A stretch of 64,000 nt of DNA from an uncultured Actinomycetes bacterium (GTDB lineage: Bacteria; Actinomycetota; UBA4738; JBBDTT01): positions 1,504,001 to 1,568,000 of the forward strand of contig CAVUMN010000004.1 in assembly GCA_963742735.1 (NCBI GenBank), in the 5' to 3' direction. The translations under genes and the position numbers were made by a program. Below, piece after piece: positions 19,831-29,040 of the stretch. Position 1 is the stretch's first letter. Each line of letters starts with the position of its first letter. The notes beneath the pieces were generated by a model, which made no database searches, was not told the origin of the DNA, and was given only the letters and a program-made list of their open reading frames with translations.

Positions 19831-20490
19831 TCAGTCCTGGAAGCGCTTGGAGATGAACTCGACGGTGCGGTCCCAGGCCAGCTCCGCGGCCTCCTCGTCG
19901 AAGGCCTCGTCGGCCTCTCGGAAGAAGTCGTGCTGCGCGCCCTCGTAGACGTGGACCTCGCCCCCGTGGGCCTCGAGGTGGGCGCGCGCCGCCTCGATCC
20001 CTTCGCCGTACCAGGCGTCCTCGGAGCCGATGTGGACCTGGATCGGCGCCAGCGGCGTCCGGCCCCCGTGGTCGCCGAGCCCGTAGAACAGCACCGCGGC
20101 GCTCAGGCGGTCGTCGCGGTGGGCGAGGTCGAAGGCGAGGTCGCCGCCCAGGCTGAGCCCGACCACCGCGATCTTCTCCACCCCCTGCCGCTGGAGCCAC
20201 GCGATGGTGGCCTGGAGGTCGGCGAATGCCGCGTCGCGGTCGAGGCCGGTCATCAGCTTCTCGGCCTCTTCGGCGTCCTCGGCCAGCCTCCCGCGATACA
20301 GGTCGGGGGCGATCGAGCTGTACTCGTGGCTGCTGGTGAACCGCAGGGCGACGTCCTGGATGTGGCCGTCGAGGCCGAACCACTCGTGCAGGACGATCAC
20401 GGTCGGGTTCGGGAAGTCGAAGGAGCGCGCGAAGAACGCGGGCAGGGGCCCGTTGGGCGTGGTGATCTCGACATCGCGTACGCGGGTCAC
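19831..20490 (-). CDS. Dienelactone hydrolase family protein
   Basis: Motifs HEWFGL, APDLY, GLSLGG (Ser at the usual Cys), YEGAQHDF and AWDR. Confidence 0.85.
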   Translation of the reverse strand: MTRVRDVEITTPNGPLPAFFARSFDFPNPTVIVLHEWFGLDGHIQDVALRFTSSHEYSSIAPDLYRGRLAEDAEEAEKLMTGLDRDAAFADLQATIAWLQRQGVEKIAVVGLSLGGDLAFDLAHRDDRLSAAVLFYGLGDHGGRTPLAPIQVHIGSEDAWYGEGIEAARAHLEAHGGEVHVYEGAQHDFFREADEAFDEEAAELAWDRTVEFISKRFQD

Positions 20491-20540
20491 GGCGGGGGAG
20501 CCTAGCAGCGGGCCGAAGGGCGCGGCGTATCCTCGCGCAC

Positions 20541-21580
20541 ATGGACGACGTGATCAGGCTCACCCGGTTCAGCCACGGCGCCGGCTGAGCGTGCAAGCTG
20601 GGTCCGAGTGACCTGGCCCAGGTTCTGGGCCGCTTGCCGACATCCGAACATCCACCCGAGGTGGTCGTCTCCGGGGACACCAAGGACGACGCCGCGGTCA
20701 TCCGCCTGCCCCGCGGCGGCCTGCTGGTGCAGACGGTCGACTTCTTCACCCCGATCGTGGACGACGCCTACGACTGGGGCCGGATCGCGGCGGCGAACGC
20801 GTTCTCGGACGTCTACGCGATGGGCGCGACGCCCTCGATCGCGCTGAACCTGGTGGGGTGGCCCGTCGACCGCCTGCCCCTGGAGTTGCTCTCGGAGGTC
20901 CTTCGCGGCGGGGCGGACGTGGCCTCGGCCGCGGGGGTGGCCATCCTGGGCGGCCACACGATCGACGACCCCGAGCCGAAGTACGGGATGGCGGTGACCG
21001 GCTTCGTGGACGAGGACCGGCTGATCCGCAACTCCACGGTGGAGGCCGGCGCGACGCTGGTGCTCACCAAGCCGCTCGGCCTCGGGATCACGACCACGGC
21101 CATCAAGCGAGAGCGGGCCACCGACGCGCAGGTGGCCTCGGCGGTCGAGGTGATGACGACGCTGAACCGCGCCGCCGCCGACGCCATGGCCGAGGCCGGC
21201 GTCGACGCGGCCACCGACGTGACCGGCTTCGGGCTGCTCGGGCACCTCTCGGAGATGCTGGAGGGCAGCGGGCTGGCCGGGACGGTCGCGCTCCAAGCCA
21301 TCCCGTTCCTGGAGGGCGTCCGCGAGCTCGCCGCGGCGGGGGTCGTGCCCGCCGGGACGCGGCGCAACCACGCCTGGCTGGCGGACCGCGTGGACTGGGG
21401 CGGGCTCGACGAGACCGAGCAGCTCATGCTGGCCGATGCTCAGACCTCCGGCGGCCTGCTCATCGCCACCCGCGAGCCGGACCGCCTCACGGCCGCCCTC
21501 GAGGCGCGCGGCGTGCTCGCGGCGACCGTCGGGCACCGCCGGAGCCCGGCGAGCCGGGAAGGATCACCGTCTCGCGGTAG
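20541..21580 (+). CDS. selD: Selenophosphate synthetase; selenoprotein (Sec at codon 16); frameshift near the 3' end
   Basis: MDDVIRLTRFSHGAG-TGA(20586)-ACKL, then DDAAV, QTVDFFTPIVDD, GGHTIDD, DVTGFGLLGH and DAQTSGGLL. Confidence 0.93.
20597..20617 (+). promoter_or_regulatory. Putative bacterial SECIS hairpin
   Basis: GCTGGGTC-CGAGT-GACCTGGC: 8-bp stem with 2 GU pairs and a G-containing loop 17-21 nt after the UGA. Confidence 0.6.
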
Positions 21581-21636
21581 AATTTGCACCTGCGAAGTCG
21601 GAATTCGCCGCCGCTCGAGAGGGTTTCCACGAAGAC

Positions 21637-22041
21637 ATGGGCTCCATCACGCTGCCGAAGGACATCGTCGAGGCGATGATCGAGCACGCCCGGACCGAGT
21701 ACCCGAACGAGGCGTGCGGGGTCATCGCGGGCCGCGACGGCGAGGCCGTGCACGTGTTCGCCATGGCCAACGCCGACGCCAGCCCGGTGACCTACCGGCT
21801 GGAGCCCAAGGAGCAGCTGCGCGTGTTCGACGAGCTCGACGAGAAGGGGTGGGACCTGTTCGCGATCTTCCACTCCCACACCCACTCCGAGGCCTATCCG
21901 TCTCCGACGGACCGCCGCCTGGCCTTCTATCCCGAGGCCCGGTACGTGATCCTGTCGCTGCAGGACCGCGAGCAGCCGGACGTCCGGGCGTTCCGGATCG
22001 ACGAGGGCGAGGTCACCGAGGAGGAGGTCGCGGTCGCATGA
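21637..22041 (+). CDS. mec: JAMM/M67 peptidase (CysO-cysteine peptidase)
   Basis: PNEACG and the JAMM motif HSHTHSEAYPSPTD; located next to cysO and cysM. Confidence 0.88.
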   Translation: MGSITLPKDIVEAMIEHARTEYPNEACGVIAGRDGEAVHVFAMANADASPVTYRLEPKEQLRVFDELDEKGWDLFAIFHSHTHSEAYPSPTDRRLAFYPEARYVILSLQDREQPDVRAFRIDEGEVTEEEVAVA

Positions 22042-22901
22042 CCACCGACTTCAAGTTCACCGAGGACCAGGTGATGCGCTACGCGCGCCACATCATCCTT
22101 CCCGGCATCGGGGGCGAGGGGCAGCGCAAGCTCATCGAGTCGAAGGTCCTGGTCATCGGGGCGGGCGGGCTCGGCTCGCCGGTCGCGCTGTACCTGGCCG
22201 CCGCCGGGGTCGGGACCCTCGGGATCCTGGACTTCGACCGCGTGGACCTGTCGAACCTGCAGCGCCAGATCATCCACGACACCGACGACGTCGGGAAGCC
22301 CAAGGTCCAGTCGGCCAAGGAGCGCATCAACGCGATGAACCCGAACGTCGAGGTCGTCGCCTACGACTCGGTGCTCACCTCCGCGAACGCGTTCGAGGTG
22401 CTCGAGCCGTGGGACATCGTCATCGACGGCACCGACAACTTCCCGGTCCGCTACCTGGTGAACGACGCCACGCAGATGCTCGGCAAGCCCCTCGTCTACG
22501 GCTCGATCTACCAGTTCGAGGGCCAGGCCAGCGTGTTCATGCCCGGGCAGGAGGCGCCGTGCTACCGGTGCCTGTTCCCGCAGCCCCCGCCGCCGGGCAC
22601 CGTCCCGAGCTGCGCCGAGGGCGGCGTGTTCGGGGTGCTCCCCGGCATCGTCGGCTCGATCCAGGCCACCGAGGCGATCAAGCTGATCACCGGGTTCGGG
22701 ACGCCGCTCGTGGGCAAGCTCCTGATCTTCGACGCCACGGGGATGGAGTTCACCACGGTGAAGCTGCGGTGGGACCCGGACTGCCCGGTGTGCGGCAAGC
22801 ACCCCAGCGTGACCGAGCTCATCGACTACGAGGCCTTCTGCGGCCTGGCCCCCGGCCAGGCGCCGCCCGAGGCCGAGCACGCCCCGCCCGCCACCACATA
22901 A
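22038..22901 (+). CDS. moeB: ThiF/MoeB adenylyltransferase without rhodanese domain
   Basis: Motifs RYARHI, GAGGLGS, SNLQRQ, CYRC, SCAEGGV and CPVC. Confidence 0.88.
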   Translation: MTTDFKFTEDQVMRYARHIILPGIGGEGQRKLIESKVLVIGAGGLGSPVALYLAAAGVGTLGILDFDRVDLSNLQRQIIHDTDDVGKPKVQSAKERINAMNPNVEVVAYDSVLTSANAFEVLEPWDIVIDGTDNFPVRYLVNDATQMLGKPLVYGSIYQFEGQASVFMPGQEAPCYRCLFPQPPPPGTVPSCAEGGVFGVLPGIVGSIQATEAIKLITGFGTPLVGKLLIFDATGMEFTTVKLRWDPDCPVCGKHPSVTELIDYEAFCGLAPGQAPPEAEHAPPATT

Positions 22902-22911
22902 AAGGAGACCC

Positions 22912-23187
22912 ATGGCCGTCCAGGTGAAGCTGCCAACCATCATGCGCAAGCACACGGGTGGGGAGGCGCAGGTCGAGGGGACCGGCTCGACCATCCGCGA
23001 GGTCCTCCAGGACCTGGAGTCCAAGTACGAGGGCCTGACCCGCAACGTCGTGACCGAGGACGGCGCGCTGCACCGCTTCGTCAACGTCTACGTGAACGAC
23101 GAGGACATCCGGTACCTGGGCGCCCTGGAGACCGAGGTCAAGGACGGCGACACCGTCGCGATCCTGCCCGCCGTCGCCGGCGGCTGA
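22912..23187 (+). CDS. cysO: Ubiquitin-like sulfur carrier (MoaD/CysO)
   Basis: FVNVYVNDEDIR and a C-terminal PAVAGG. Confidence 0.9.
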   Translation: MAVQVKLPTIMRKHTGGEAQVEGTGSTIREVLQDLESKYEGLTRNVVTEDGALHRFVNVYVNDEDIRYLGALETEVKDGDTVAILPAVAGG

Positions 23188-23219
23188 GCCCGCGATCCGC
23201 CTGGGATAATCGCGATCCC

Positions 23220-24152
23220 ATGCGCTTCGACGACATCCTCGACGCGATCGGCAACACGCCCCTGGTGGGCATGCCGACGCTCTCGCCCAAGCCCTCGGTC
23301 CGCGTGTGGGCCAAGCTCGAGGGCAACAACCCCACCGGGTCGCTGAAGGACCGTATCGCCAAGAAGATGGTCGAGTCCGCCGAGGCTTCCGGCGAGCTGA
23401 CCCCGGACAAGACCATCCTGGAGCCCACCTCGGGCAACACGGGGATCGCCCTGGCCATGGTGGCCCGGCGCAAGGGCTACCGGCTCACGGTGGTCATGCC
23501 CGAGAACGCCAGCGCCGAGCGCGTCCAGCTGCTGGAGCTCTACGGCGCGCAGGTCGTGTTCAGCCCGGCCGACAAGGGGACCAACGGCTCGATCGAGGTC
23601 GCCCGGGCCATGGCCGCCGACGAGAAGTTCTACATGCCGTTCCAGTACGGGAACCCGGGGAACCCCGACGCCCACTACGAGGGGACCGGCGAGGAGATCG
23701 TGCGGGACCTGCCGGAGGTCACCCACTTCATCGCCGGGCTCGGCACCGGCGGGACCCTCACCGGCACCGGCCGACGGCTGAAGGAGCACAACCCGGCCGT
23801 GAAGGTGATCGCGGCCGAGCCCGAGCTGGGGGAGCTCGTCTACGGGCTCCGCTCGCTGGAGGACGGGTTCATCCCCCCGATCTTCGACGAGTCGATCCTG
23901 GACCGGAAGTTCCTGGTCGCCTCGAAGGAGGCCCTGCGCGCGACGCGCGCGGTCGTCGAGCAGGAGGGGATCTTCTGCGGCATCTCCTCCGGCGCGGTGG
24001 TCCACGTGGCCCGGCGGATCGCCCTGGAGATCGACGCCGGCGAGATCGTGTGCCTGCTCCCCGACGGGGGCTGGAAGTACCTGTCCACCCAGGCCTGGGC
24101 GCCGGAGATCGAGCGGGCGGACAAGGGCGTCGAGGAGACGCTGTGGTGGTGA
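23220..24152 (+). CDS. cysM: PLP-dependent CysO-type cysteine synthase
   Basis: Motifs NPTGSLKDR, EPTSGNTG, GLGTGGT and DGGWKYLST; C-terminal LWW. Confidence 0.9.
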   Translation: MRFDDILDAIGNTPLVGMPTLSPKPSVRVWAKLEGNNPTGSLKDRIAKKMVESAEASGELTPDKTILEPTSGNTGIALAMVARRKGYRLTVVMPENASAERVQLLELYGAQVVFSPADKGTNGSIEVARAMAADEKFYMPFQYGNPGNPDAHYEGTGEEIVRDLPEVTHFIAGLGTGGTLTGTGRRLKEHNPAVKVIAAEPELGELVYGLRSLEDGFIPPIFDESILDRKFLVASKEALRATRAVVEQEGIFCGISSGAVVHVARRIALEIDAGEIVCLLPDGGWKYLSTQAWAPEIERADKGVEETLWW

Positions 24153-24156
24153 TCGC

Positions 24157-24981
24157 GTGAGCGACCCTCGGCCCATCGGGGTGTTCGACTCGGGCGTCGG
24201 CGGGCTGACCGTCGTCCGCTCGATCATCGACCAGCTCCCGAACGAGTCGATCGTGTACTTCGGCGACTCGGCCCGCTACCCGTACGGCCCGCGTTCGCTG
24301 GAGGAGATCCGCGGCTTCGCCCGCGAGATCGCGTCGCTGCTGCTGGACCGCGACGTGAAGCAGCTGGTGGTGGCGTGCAACTCGGTCGAGGTCGCCGCGA
24401 TCGAGGACCTGGCCGCGAACGTCGCGGTCCCGGTGCTCGGCGTCATCGAACCGGGGGTGCGCGCCGCGCTGCGGGCCACCCGCACCGGCCGCGTCGGCGT
24501 GATCGGCACCGAGGCCACGATCGCCAGCGGCGAGTACGACCGCGCCGTCGCGGCGACCGGGGCGAGCGTGGAGCTCCACGCCGCGGCGTGTCCGGAGTTC
24601 GTCCCCCACGTCGAGGCCGGGGACACCACGTCGGACGAGCTGCGGGCGCTGGCCGAGGCGTATCTGGCGCCGCTGCGGGCCGCCGAGCGTGGACGCCCTG
24701 ATCCTGGGGTGCACGCACTACCCGCTGCTCGCCGGGCTTCTGCAGGTGGTGATGGGCCCGGACGTTCAGCTCGTGTCCAGCGCGGAGGAGACGGCGAAGG
24801 ACGTGTACGCGGAGCTGCGTCCGGACCGGCCGGCTGGCCGCGGGCCCGGCCGTCTACGAGTTCCTGTGCTCGGGCGACCCCGAGGCCGTTCCGCGCGCTC
24901 GGCGCCCGGTTCCTGGGCCCCGAGGTCTCCGAGGTCCGCTCGACCGTGCTGTCCGCGACCGCGAGGCATCCGTGGAGCTGA
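24157..24981 (+). CDS. murI: Glutamate racemase (internal frameshifts, probably errors)
   Basis: [16 protein letters not shown] and ACNS in the first frame; LGCTHYP in a shifted frame. Confidence 0.9.
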   Translation: MSDPRPIGVFDSGVGGLTVVRSIIDQLPNESIVYFGDSARYPYGPRSLEEIRGFAREIASLLLDRDVKQLVVACNSVEVAAIEDLAANVAVPVLGVIEPGVRAALRATRTGRVGVIGTEATIASGEYDRAVAATGASVELHAAACPEFVPHVEAGDTTSDELRALAEAYLAPLRAAERGRPDPGVHALPAARRASAGGDGPGRSARVQRGGDGEGRVRGAASGPAGWPRARPSTSSCARATPRPFRALGARFLGPEVSEVRSTVLSATARHPWS

Positions 24982-25718
24982 CCGCCCTCGGCACGAGCGG
25001 GGGATGGCCCGGCGCCGGCCGCGCCTCGAGCGGCTACCTGCTCTCCCACGGCGAGGACGGCCACATCGTCATGGACCTCGGAACCGGGACGCTCTCGCGG
25101 CTGCAGGAGCTGCTCGACCTGAACGACCTGAACGGCATCGTCATCTCCCACGCGCACTACGACCACTTCCTGGACCTCTACCCGCTGTTCATCGCGCGGT
25201 TCTACGAGGAGTGCCCCACCGGCCCGATCCCGATCGTGGCCCCCGAGGGGTTCTTCGAGCACCTCTACAAGCTGACCGACGACGGCGGCGTCGACATGGG
25301 GACGGTGTTCGAGCCCCGCGAGCTCGCGTTCGGCGGGACGACGGAGCTCGGCCCGTTCCGCATCGAGGCCCACGCCATGAAGCACCTGGTGCCGACGATC
25401 GGCGTCCGGGTTTCCGCGGACGGGACCACGCTCGCGTACACCGGCGACACGGGGCCGACCGAGGAGCTGGAACCGCTGGCCCGTGGCGCGAACGCGCTGC
25501 TGTCCGAGGCGGCGCTGCAGGACATGGACGAGCCGCCGTGGTTCCACCTGAGCGCCCGGCAGGCCGGCGAGCACGCCTCGCGCGCCGGCGTCGGGCGGCT
25601 GATCCTCTCCCACTTCTGGCCGACCCACGACCGCGACGTCTCGCGGGAGCAGGCGTCCGAGGCCTTCTCCGGGCAGCTCGAGCTGCTCAGCGAGGGCACC
25701 AGGCTGGAGATCGGATGA
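24972..25718 (+). CDS. MBL-fold metallohydrolase (Rv1339-like)
   Basis: Motifs HAHYDH, YTGDTG and HLSA; syntenic between murI and rph. Confidence 0.87.
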   Translation: MELTALGTSGGWPGAGRASSGYLLSHGEDGHIVMDLGTGTLSRLQELLDLNDLNGIVISHAHYDHFLDLYPLFIARFYEECPTGPIPIVAPEGFFEHLYKLTDDGGVDMGTVFEPRELAFGGTTELGPFRIEAHAMKHLVPTIGVRVSADGTTLAYTGDTGPTEELEPLARGANALLSEAALQDMDEPPWFHLSARQAGEHASRAGVGRLILSHFWPTHDRDVSREQASEAFSGQLELLSEGTRLEIG

Positions 25719-26449
25719 GCGAGCGGGCGGACGGCCGGGCCCCCGACGAGATCCGCCCGGTCAGCATGCAGACCGGCTACCTGGAGTGGGCCGAGGGCAG
25801 CGTGCTGTTCGAGATGGGCAAGACGCGGGTGCTCGCCGCGGCCTCGTGGGAGGCCCGCGTCCCGCGGTTCCTGCAGGGGACCGGAAGCGGGTGGGTGACG
25901 GCCGAGTACGCGCTGCTGCCCCGCTCGACGTCGGTTCGAACCGAGCGGGAGTCGGCGAAGGGGAAGCTGTCGGGGCGGACCCAGGAGATCCAGCGGCTCA
26001 TCGGGCGTTCGCTCCGCGGCGTGACCCGGTTGGACAAGATGGGGGAGAACTCGATCCTCATCGATTGCGACGTCCTGCAGGCCGACGGCGGGACGCGGAC
26101 GGCGTCGATCACCGCCGGCTACATCGCCCTGGGGCTGGCGGTGCGGAATCTGACGGACCGTCAGGTCTTCACCAAGGAGGTCCTCCCCGACTCGGTGGCC
26201 GCCGTCTCGGCGGGGATCGTCGACGGCCTCCATCTGCTCGACCTTCCCTACGAGGAGGACTCCAGGGCCGAGGTCGACCTCAACGTGGTCATGACCGGCG
26301 ACGGCCGGCTCATCGAGGTCCAGGGCACCGCGGAGGGCAACCCGTTCGGTCGCGACGACCTGAACGCGCTGCTCGACCTCTCGGCGAAGGGGATCGCCGA
26401 GCTCGCCGAGATCCAGCGCCGGGCCCTAGCCGGCCCGCCCGACGCGTGA
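25715..26449 (+). CDS. rph: Ribonuclease PH
   Basis: Motifs [36 protein letters not shown] and IEVQGTAE. Confidence 0.96.
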   Translation: MSERADGRAPDEIRPVSMQTGYLEWAEGSVLFEMGKTRVLAAASWEARVPRFLQGTGSGWVTAEYALLPRSTSVRTERESAKGKLSGRTQEIQRLIGRSLRGVTRLDKMGENSILIDCDVLQADGGTRTASITAGYIALGLAVRNLTDRQVFTKEVLPDSVAAVSAGIVDGLHLLDLPYEEDSRAEVDLNVVMTGDGRLIEVQGTAEGNPFGRDDLNALLDLSAKGIAELAEIQRRALAGPPDA

Positions 26450-27036
26450 CGTTCCCCGACCGGTTGGTCATCGCCTCGCGCAACGCGGGCAAGCTCCGGG
26501 AGATTCGGCGGATCTGCGCGGACTGGCCCGTGGAGTGGGTCGAGGACGCCGACTGGCCCGACGTCGAGGAGACCGAGGACACCTACCTGGGCAACGCCGC
26601 GCTCAAGGCGCGCGCGGTGGCGGCCGCCACGGGGATCCCCGCCCTGGCCGACGACTCGGGGATCGAGGTCGACGCCCTTGGCGGCGCGCCGGGTCCGCGA
26701 TCCGCGCGCTACGCCGGGGAGGGTTCGAGCGACGAGGTCAACCTGAAGGCGCTGCTGGGGGCGATCGCGGGGATCCCGGCGGGGGGTCGCACCGCGCGCT
26801 ATCGGGCCGTGGCGCTGGTCGCCTGGCCCGGGCGAGAGGACGTGGTCTCCGCCGAGGCGACCTGCGAGGGGACGCTGATCACCAAGCCGCGGGGGACCGG
26901 CGGCTTCGGCTACGACCCCGCGTTCCTCCCCGAGGGCTGGGAGAAGACGATGGCCGAGCTCGAGCCGGAGGAGAAGGACCGCATCAGTCACCGCGGACGG
27001 TCGCTCGGCGCCCTCCGCGAGAGACTGGCCGAGTAG
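26446..27036 (+). CDS. rdgB: Non-canonical purine NTP pyrophosphatase
   Basis: Motifs ASRNAGK, ADDSG, GFGYDP and SHRG. Confidence 0.95.
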   Translation: MTFPDRLVIASRNAGKLREIRRICADWPVEWVEDADWPDVEETEDTYLGNAALKARAVAAATGIPALADDSGIEVDALGGAPGPRSARYAGEGSSDEVNLKALLGAIAGIPAGGRTARYRAVALVAWPGREDVVSAEATCEGTLITKPRGTGGFGYDPAFLPEGWEKTMAELEPEEKDRISHRGRSLGALRERLAE

Positions 27037-27044
27037 GTGCCCGA

Positions 27045-27686
27045 TCAGGCGAACGTCAGTACGAGCTGGGGTGGGTTCGCGCCCTCGCGGCTGGAGAACA
27101 CCTGGGCCACCGTCAGGAGCGCGCTCTCGGCGGCGTCCCGGATGACGAAGCCGGTGTTCGTGCCCGTGTACATCGCCTGGGTCTGGGCCGTGACGCTCCA
27201 CTCTCGCCAGCCGGTCCCCGACGTCGTCACCGCCGCCACACCGGTCACCGCCGGCTGGTTGTTCCAGGTCACCGCGGTCTGGGGCGTCCAGGCGGCCGAC
27301 GCGCGGTAGGCCTGAAGCACCCGGCCCGCAGAGGCGGAGGAGGCGTTCAGGCGCAGCGTGGCGCCCGTGAGTGAGCAGTGCGCGGGCACCGAGGGAAGCG
27401 CGAAGTGCACCAGCGAGCGCTCGTTGTCCGGTCCCAGGATGATCACGGTGGAACCGGATTGCACGCGCAGCGTCGTGTTGGTCCCGAAGTTCGAGTTCGC
27501 GCTCGTCTGACGGACGAACGCGTCGGCGTCGGCGGTGACGGTCTGGACTCCGGGCGCGACGCAGAAGTCGGCGGCCGCGGTGAACACGTTGCCGGGGTTA
27601 TGCGCGGCGGCGGAGAACGCGCTGGACGTGGCACCCACCGCGCTTCCGAGCGCGGCGACCACGAGGACCAGCGCGACACGCCGCAT
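27045..27686 (-). CDS. SipW-type signal-peptide protein with DNRLRE-like domain
   Basis: Leader GATSSAF...NPGNVFTA; motifs ADAFV..NSNFG, RSLVHF, ATLRL, VTWNNQP and FSSRE. Confidence 0.7.
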   Translation of the reverse strand: MRRVALVLVVAALGSAVGATSSAFSAAAHNPGNVFTAAADFCVAPGVQTVTADADAFVRQTSANSNFGTNTTLRVQSGSTVIILGPDNERSLVHFALPSVPAHCSLTGATLRLNASSASAGRVLQAYRASAAWTPQTAVTWNNQPAVTGVAAVTTSGTGWREWSVTAQTQAMYTGTNTGFVIRDAAESALLTVAQVFSSREGANPPQLVLTFA

Positions 27687-27691
27687 GGCGT

Positions 27692-28219
27692 TCAGCCGGC
27701 CCAGATCCGGCGCAGCGCGGCCGCTCCCAGCAGCAGCGCCGCACCCGAGATGAACGCGAGGCGCACCGCGGGAATCCCGAGCCAGGCGATCGCGTAGCCG
27801 AGCCGGGGAACCCGCGCCACGAAACGACCGAGCGTCCCGGCCGCGGGGATCGTCCAGCGCTCCACACCGGTGTTGGCGTCGCCCCGGGTGACGAACGCGA
27901 AGGTGTCGCCTCTCGGACGAACGCTGACGACGCGGTGGGTCAGCAGCTCGTCGTTCCGCTCCGGGTCCTTGAACGTGACGATGTCACCCGCGGACGCCTC
28001 GGCTGGAGCGATCGCCCGGACGATGACGACGTCGCCGGACGCGATCGCCGGCTGCATGCTGTCGGACCGGTCGACCAGGGGCTGATACCCGAGGGCCTTG
28101 CCGGCCAGGACTCCCGCGAGCAGGGCGGTGGCCACCACGGCGAGAACGAGCGCGGCGGCGTTGGTCCACCGCCGCGCTCGTCCGCGGCCACGCGAGAGGG
28201 AGAGGCCGGTCGTGCTCAC
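27692..28219 (-). CDS. sipW: Signal peptidase I, SipW type
   Basis: Motifs SDSMQPAI, GDIVTF, THRVV (Ser-His dyad) and TRGDAN. Confidence 0.85.
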   Translation of the reverse strand: MSTTGLSLSRGRGRARRWTNAAALVLAVVATALLAGVLAGKALGYQPLVDRSDSMQPAIASGDVVIVRAIAPAEASAGDIVTFKDPERNDELLTHRVVSVRPRGDTFAFVTRGDANTGVERWTIPAAGTLGRFVARVPRLGYAIAWLGIPAVRLAFISGAALLLGAAALRRIWAG

Positions 28220-28843
28220 CTAGATGTTTCGCGCTTCCCAGGTGAAGGCCTGGGTGGCGTTCTTGCCCTGGGCCAGGTCGTCGTCGGCGACCGTGATCGT
28301 GAACTTGTAGGCGTGGGACTCGGGGAGGTTCGTCCACGTCTCCGGCGCTCCGGAGGTCGGGTCGACGAGCCCGGCGTTGTACGTGTCCGGGAAGGCCGCC
28401 AGCGTGCCGCTGTAGATGATCCCGGCGCCGGCGCCCGTGTAGTTGGTCACGTCCCCGACGAAGGCCGCGCAGGTGTCAAAGGCCGGAACGGCGATCGTCC
28501 CGCGCGTCACCGTGACGTTCAGATACGGGTCGAGCCCGGTCCCGGTGGTCGTGCCGTACAGCCGCACCGTCGCCGGCAGCGTCCCGGCGTAGGTGACGTT
28601 GATGCACGAGGTGTCGGTGTCTCCGGGCTTCGCGTTCGTCAGCGAGAGCATCGCGACGTCGAGATCGTCGTCGGTCAGGATGACGCTTCCGGACGTGAAC
28701 GCGTTCCCGGCGTTGGCGGTGGTGGCGGTGAACGCGGACCAGGTGCCCACGCCGGCGACGATGCCGACGAGGCCGAGCACCAGCAGCGTCAGCAGCAGCT
28801 TCTTGCCGGTGCCGCGCCCGCGCTCGTCAGAGTTGTCAGTCAT
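28220..28843 (-). CDS. TasA/CalY-family filament protein
   Basis: Leader KKLLL...GVGTWSAFT, motifs NAKPGDT, GTLPA and AQGK, C-terminal FTWEA; adjacent to sipW. Confidence 0.75.
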   Translation of the reverse strand: MTDNSDERGRGTGKKLLLTLLVLGLVGIVAGVGTWSAFTATTANAGNAFTSGSVILTDDDLDVAMLSLTNAKPGDTDTSCINVTYAGTLPATVRLYGTTTGTGLDPYLNVTVTRGTIAVPAFDTCAAFVGDVTNYTGAGAGIIYSGTLAAFPDTYNAGLVDPTSGAPETWTNLPESHAYKFTITVADDDLAQGKNATQAFTWEARNI

Positions 28844-28952
28844 GCGAATCCTCCTGTATCGGTGCCCCGGTGAGTGAGGCGTCAGTCCTTCATCGGCACG
28901 CCGGAGGGGGCCCTGAATGGTCACTTTTGACCAGGTTGCATCGAAGGGAAGG

Positions 28953-29036
28953 TGCGAGAGGGGGGACTCGAACCCCCACGCCCTTTCGGGCACCGGCTCC
29001 TAAGGCCGGCGCGTCTACCGGTTCCGCCACTCTCGC
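28953..29036 (-). tRNA. tRNA-Leu(TAG)
   Basis: GCGAGAG acceptor stem, CCGGC-CT-TAG-GA-GCCGG anticodon arm, long variable arm, GGTTCGAGTCC. Confidence 0.95.
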
Positions 29037-29040
29037 CGGG

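Noticed and set aside
20634-22901. 755-aa SelD-MoeB fusion ORF
   Set aside because: Created by a frameshift near 21540 that reads through mec out of frame; selD, mec and moeB each have their own start and stop.
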